This document shows positions 63,945-64,000 of a DNA stretch of 64,000 nucleotides, piece after piece. Position 1 is the stretch's first letter. The number at the start of each line of letters is the position of its first letter. Below the pieces are notes generated by a model, which worked only from the letters and a program-made list of their open reading frames with translations, did no database searches and was not told the origin of the DNA. Source of the DNA: Okamejei kenojei (taxonomy: Eukaryota); NCBI GenBank assembly GCA_035221665.1, contig CM069150.1:37138001-37202000 (forward strand). The letters are read 5' to 3'. A program made the translations under genes and the position numbers.

Positions 63945-64000
63945 TAATAACAGGATCGGTCCGAGACAGCATGGATTTATGAAGGGGAAATCATGCTTGA
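63945..64000 (+). mobile_element. Start of a CR1 RT fragment running off the window
   Basis: CAGCATGGATTTATGAAGGGGAAATCATGCTTGA encodes QHGFMKGKSCL. Confidence 0.75.

Overview
Eukaryotic, repeat-dense genomic DNA. The repeat families (HE1-type V-SINEs, CR1/HER1-like LINEs, Penelope elements) point to a cartilaginous fish, probably a skate or ray; this is inference. The only host coding sequence I can support is exon 1 of DPM1 (51672-51796, +, GT donor, small CpG island). I could not find exon 2 or any upstream gene. The rest is transposons: a full-length L1 with a 16-bp TSD and a Penelope inside it, a four-level nest (CR1 > Rex1 > L1 > CR1 tail), a DIRS1 element with perfect termini and internal complementary region, two Gypsy remnants, Harbinger/hAT/Tc1 MITEs, and many Penelope-derived pieces. 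Most notable signals: (1) a recurrent minimal hammerhead-ribozyme motif (CTGAAGA-AGGGTCTCGACCC-GAAACGTH) in the Penelope ends, often inside 170-310 bp fold-back elements, several with a motif on each strand; (2) two L1 copies hit by different retroelements at the same palindromic site; (3) an 8-bp identity between the DIRS circle junction and its target. Coordinates were read by eye; boundaries of decayed repeats are approximate and family names come from motif recognition, not database searches.
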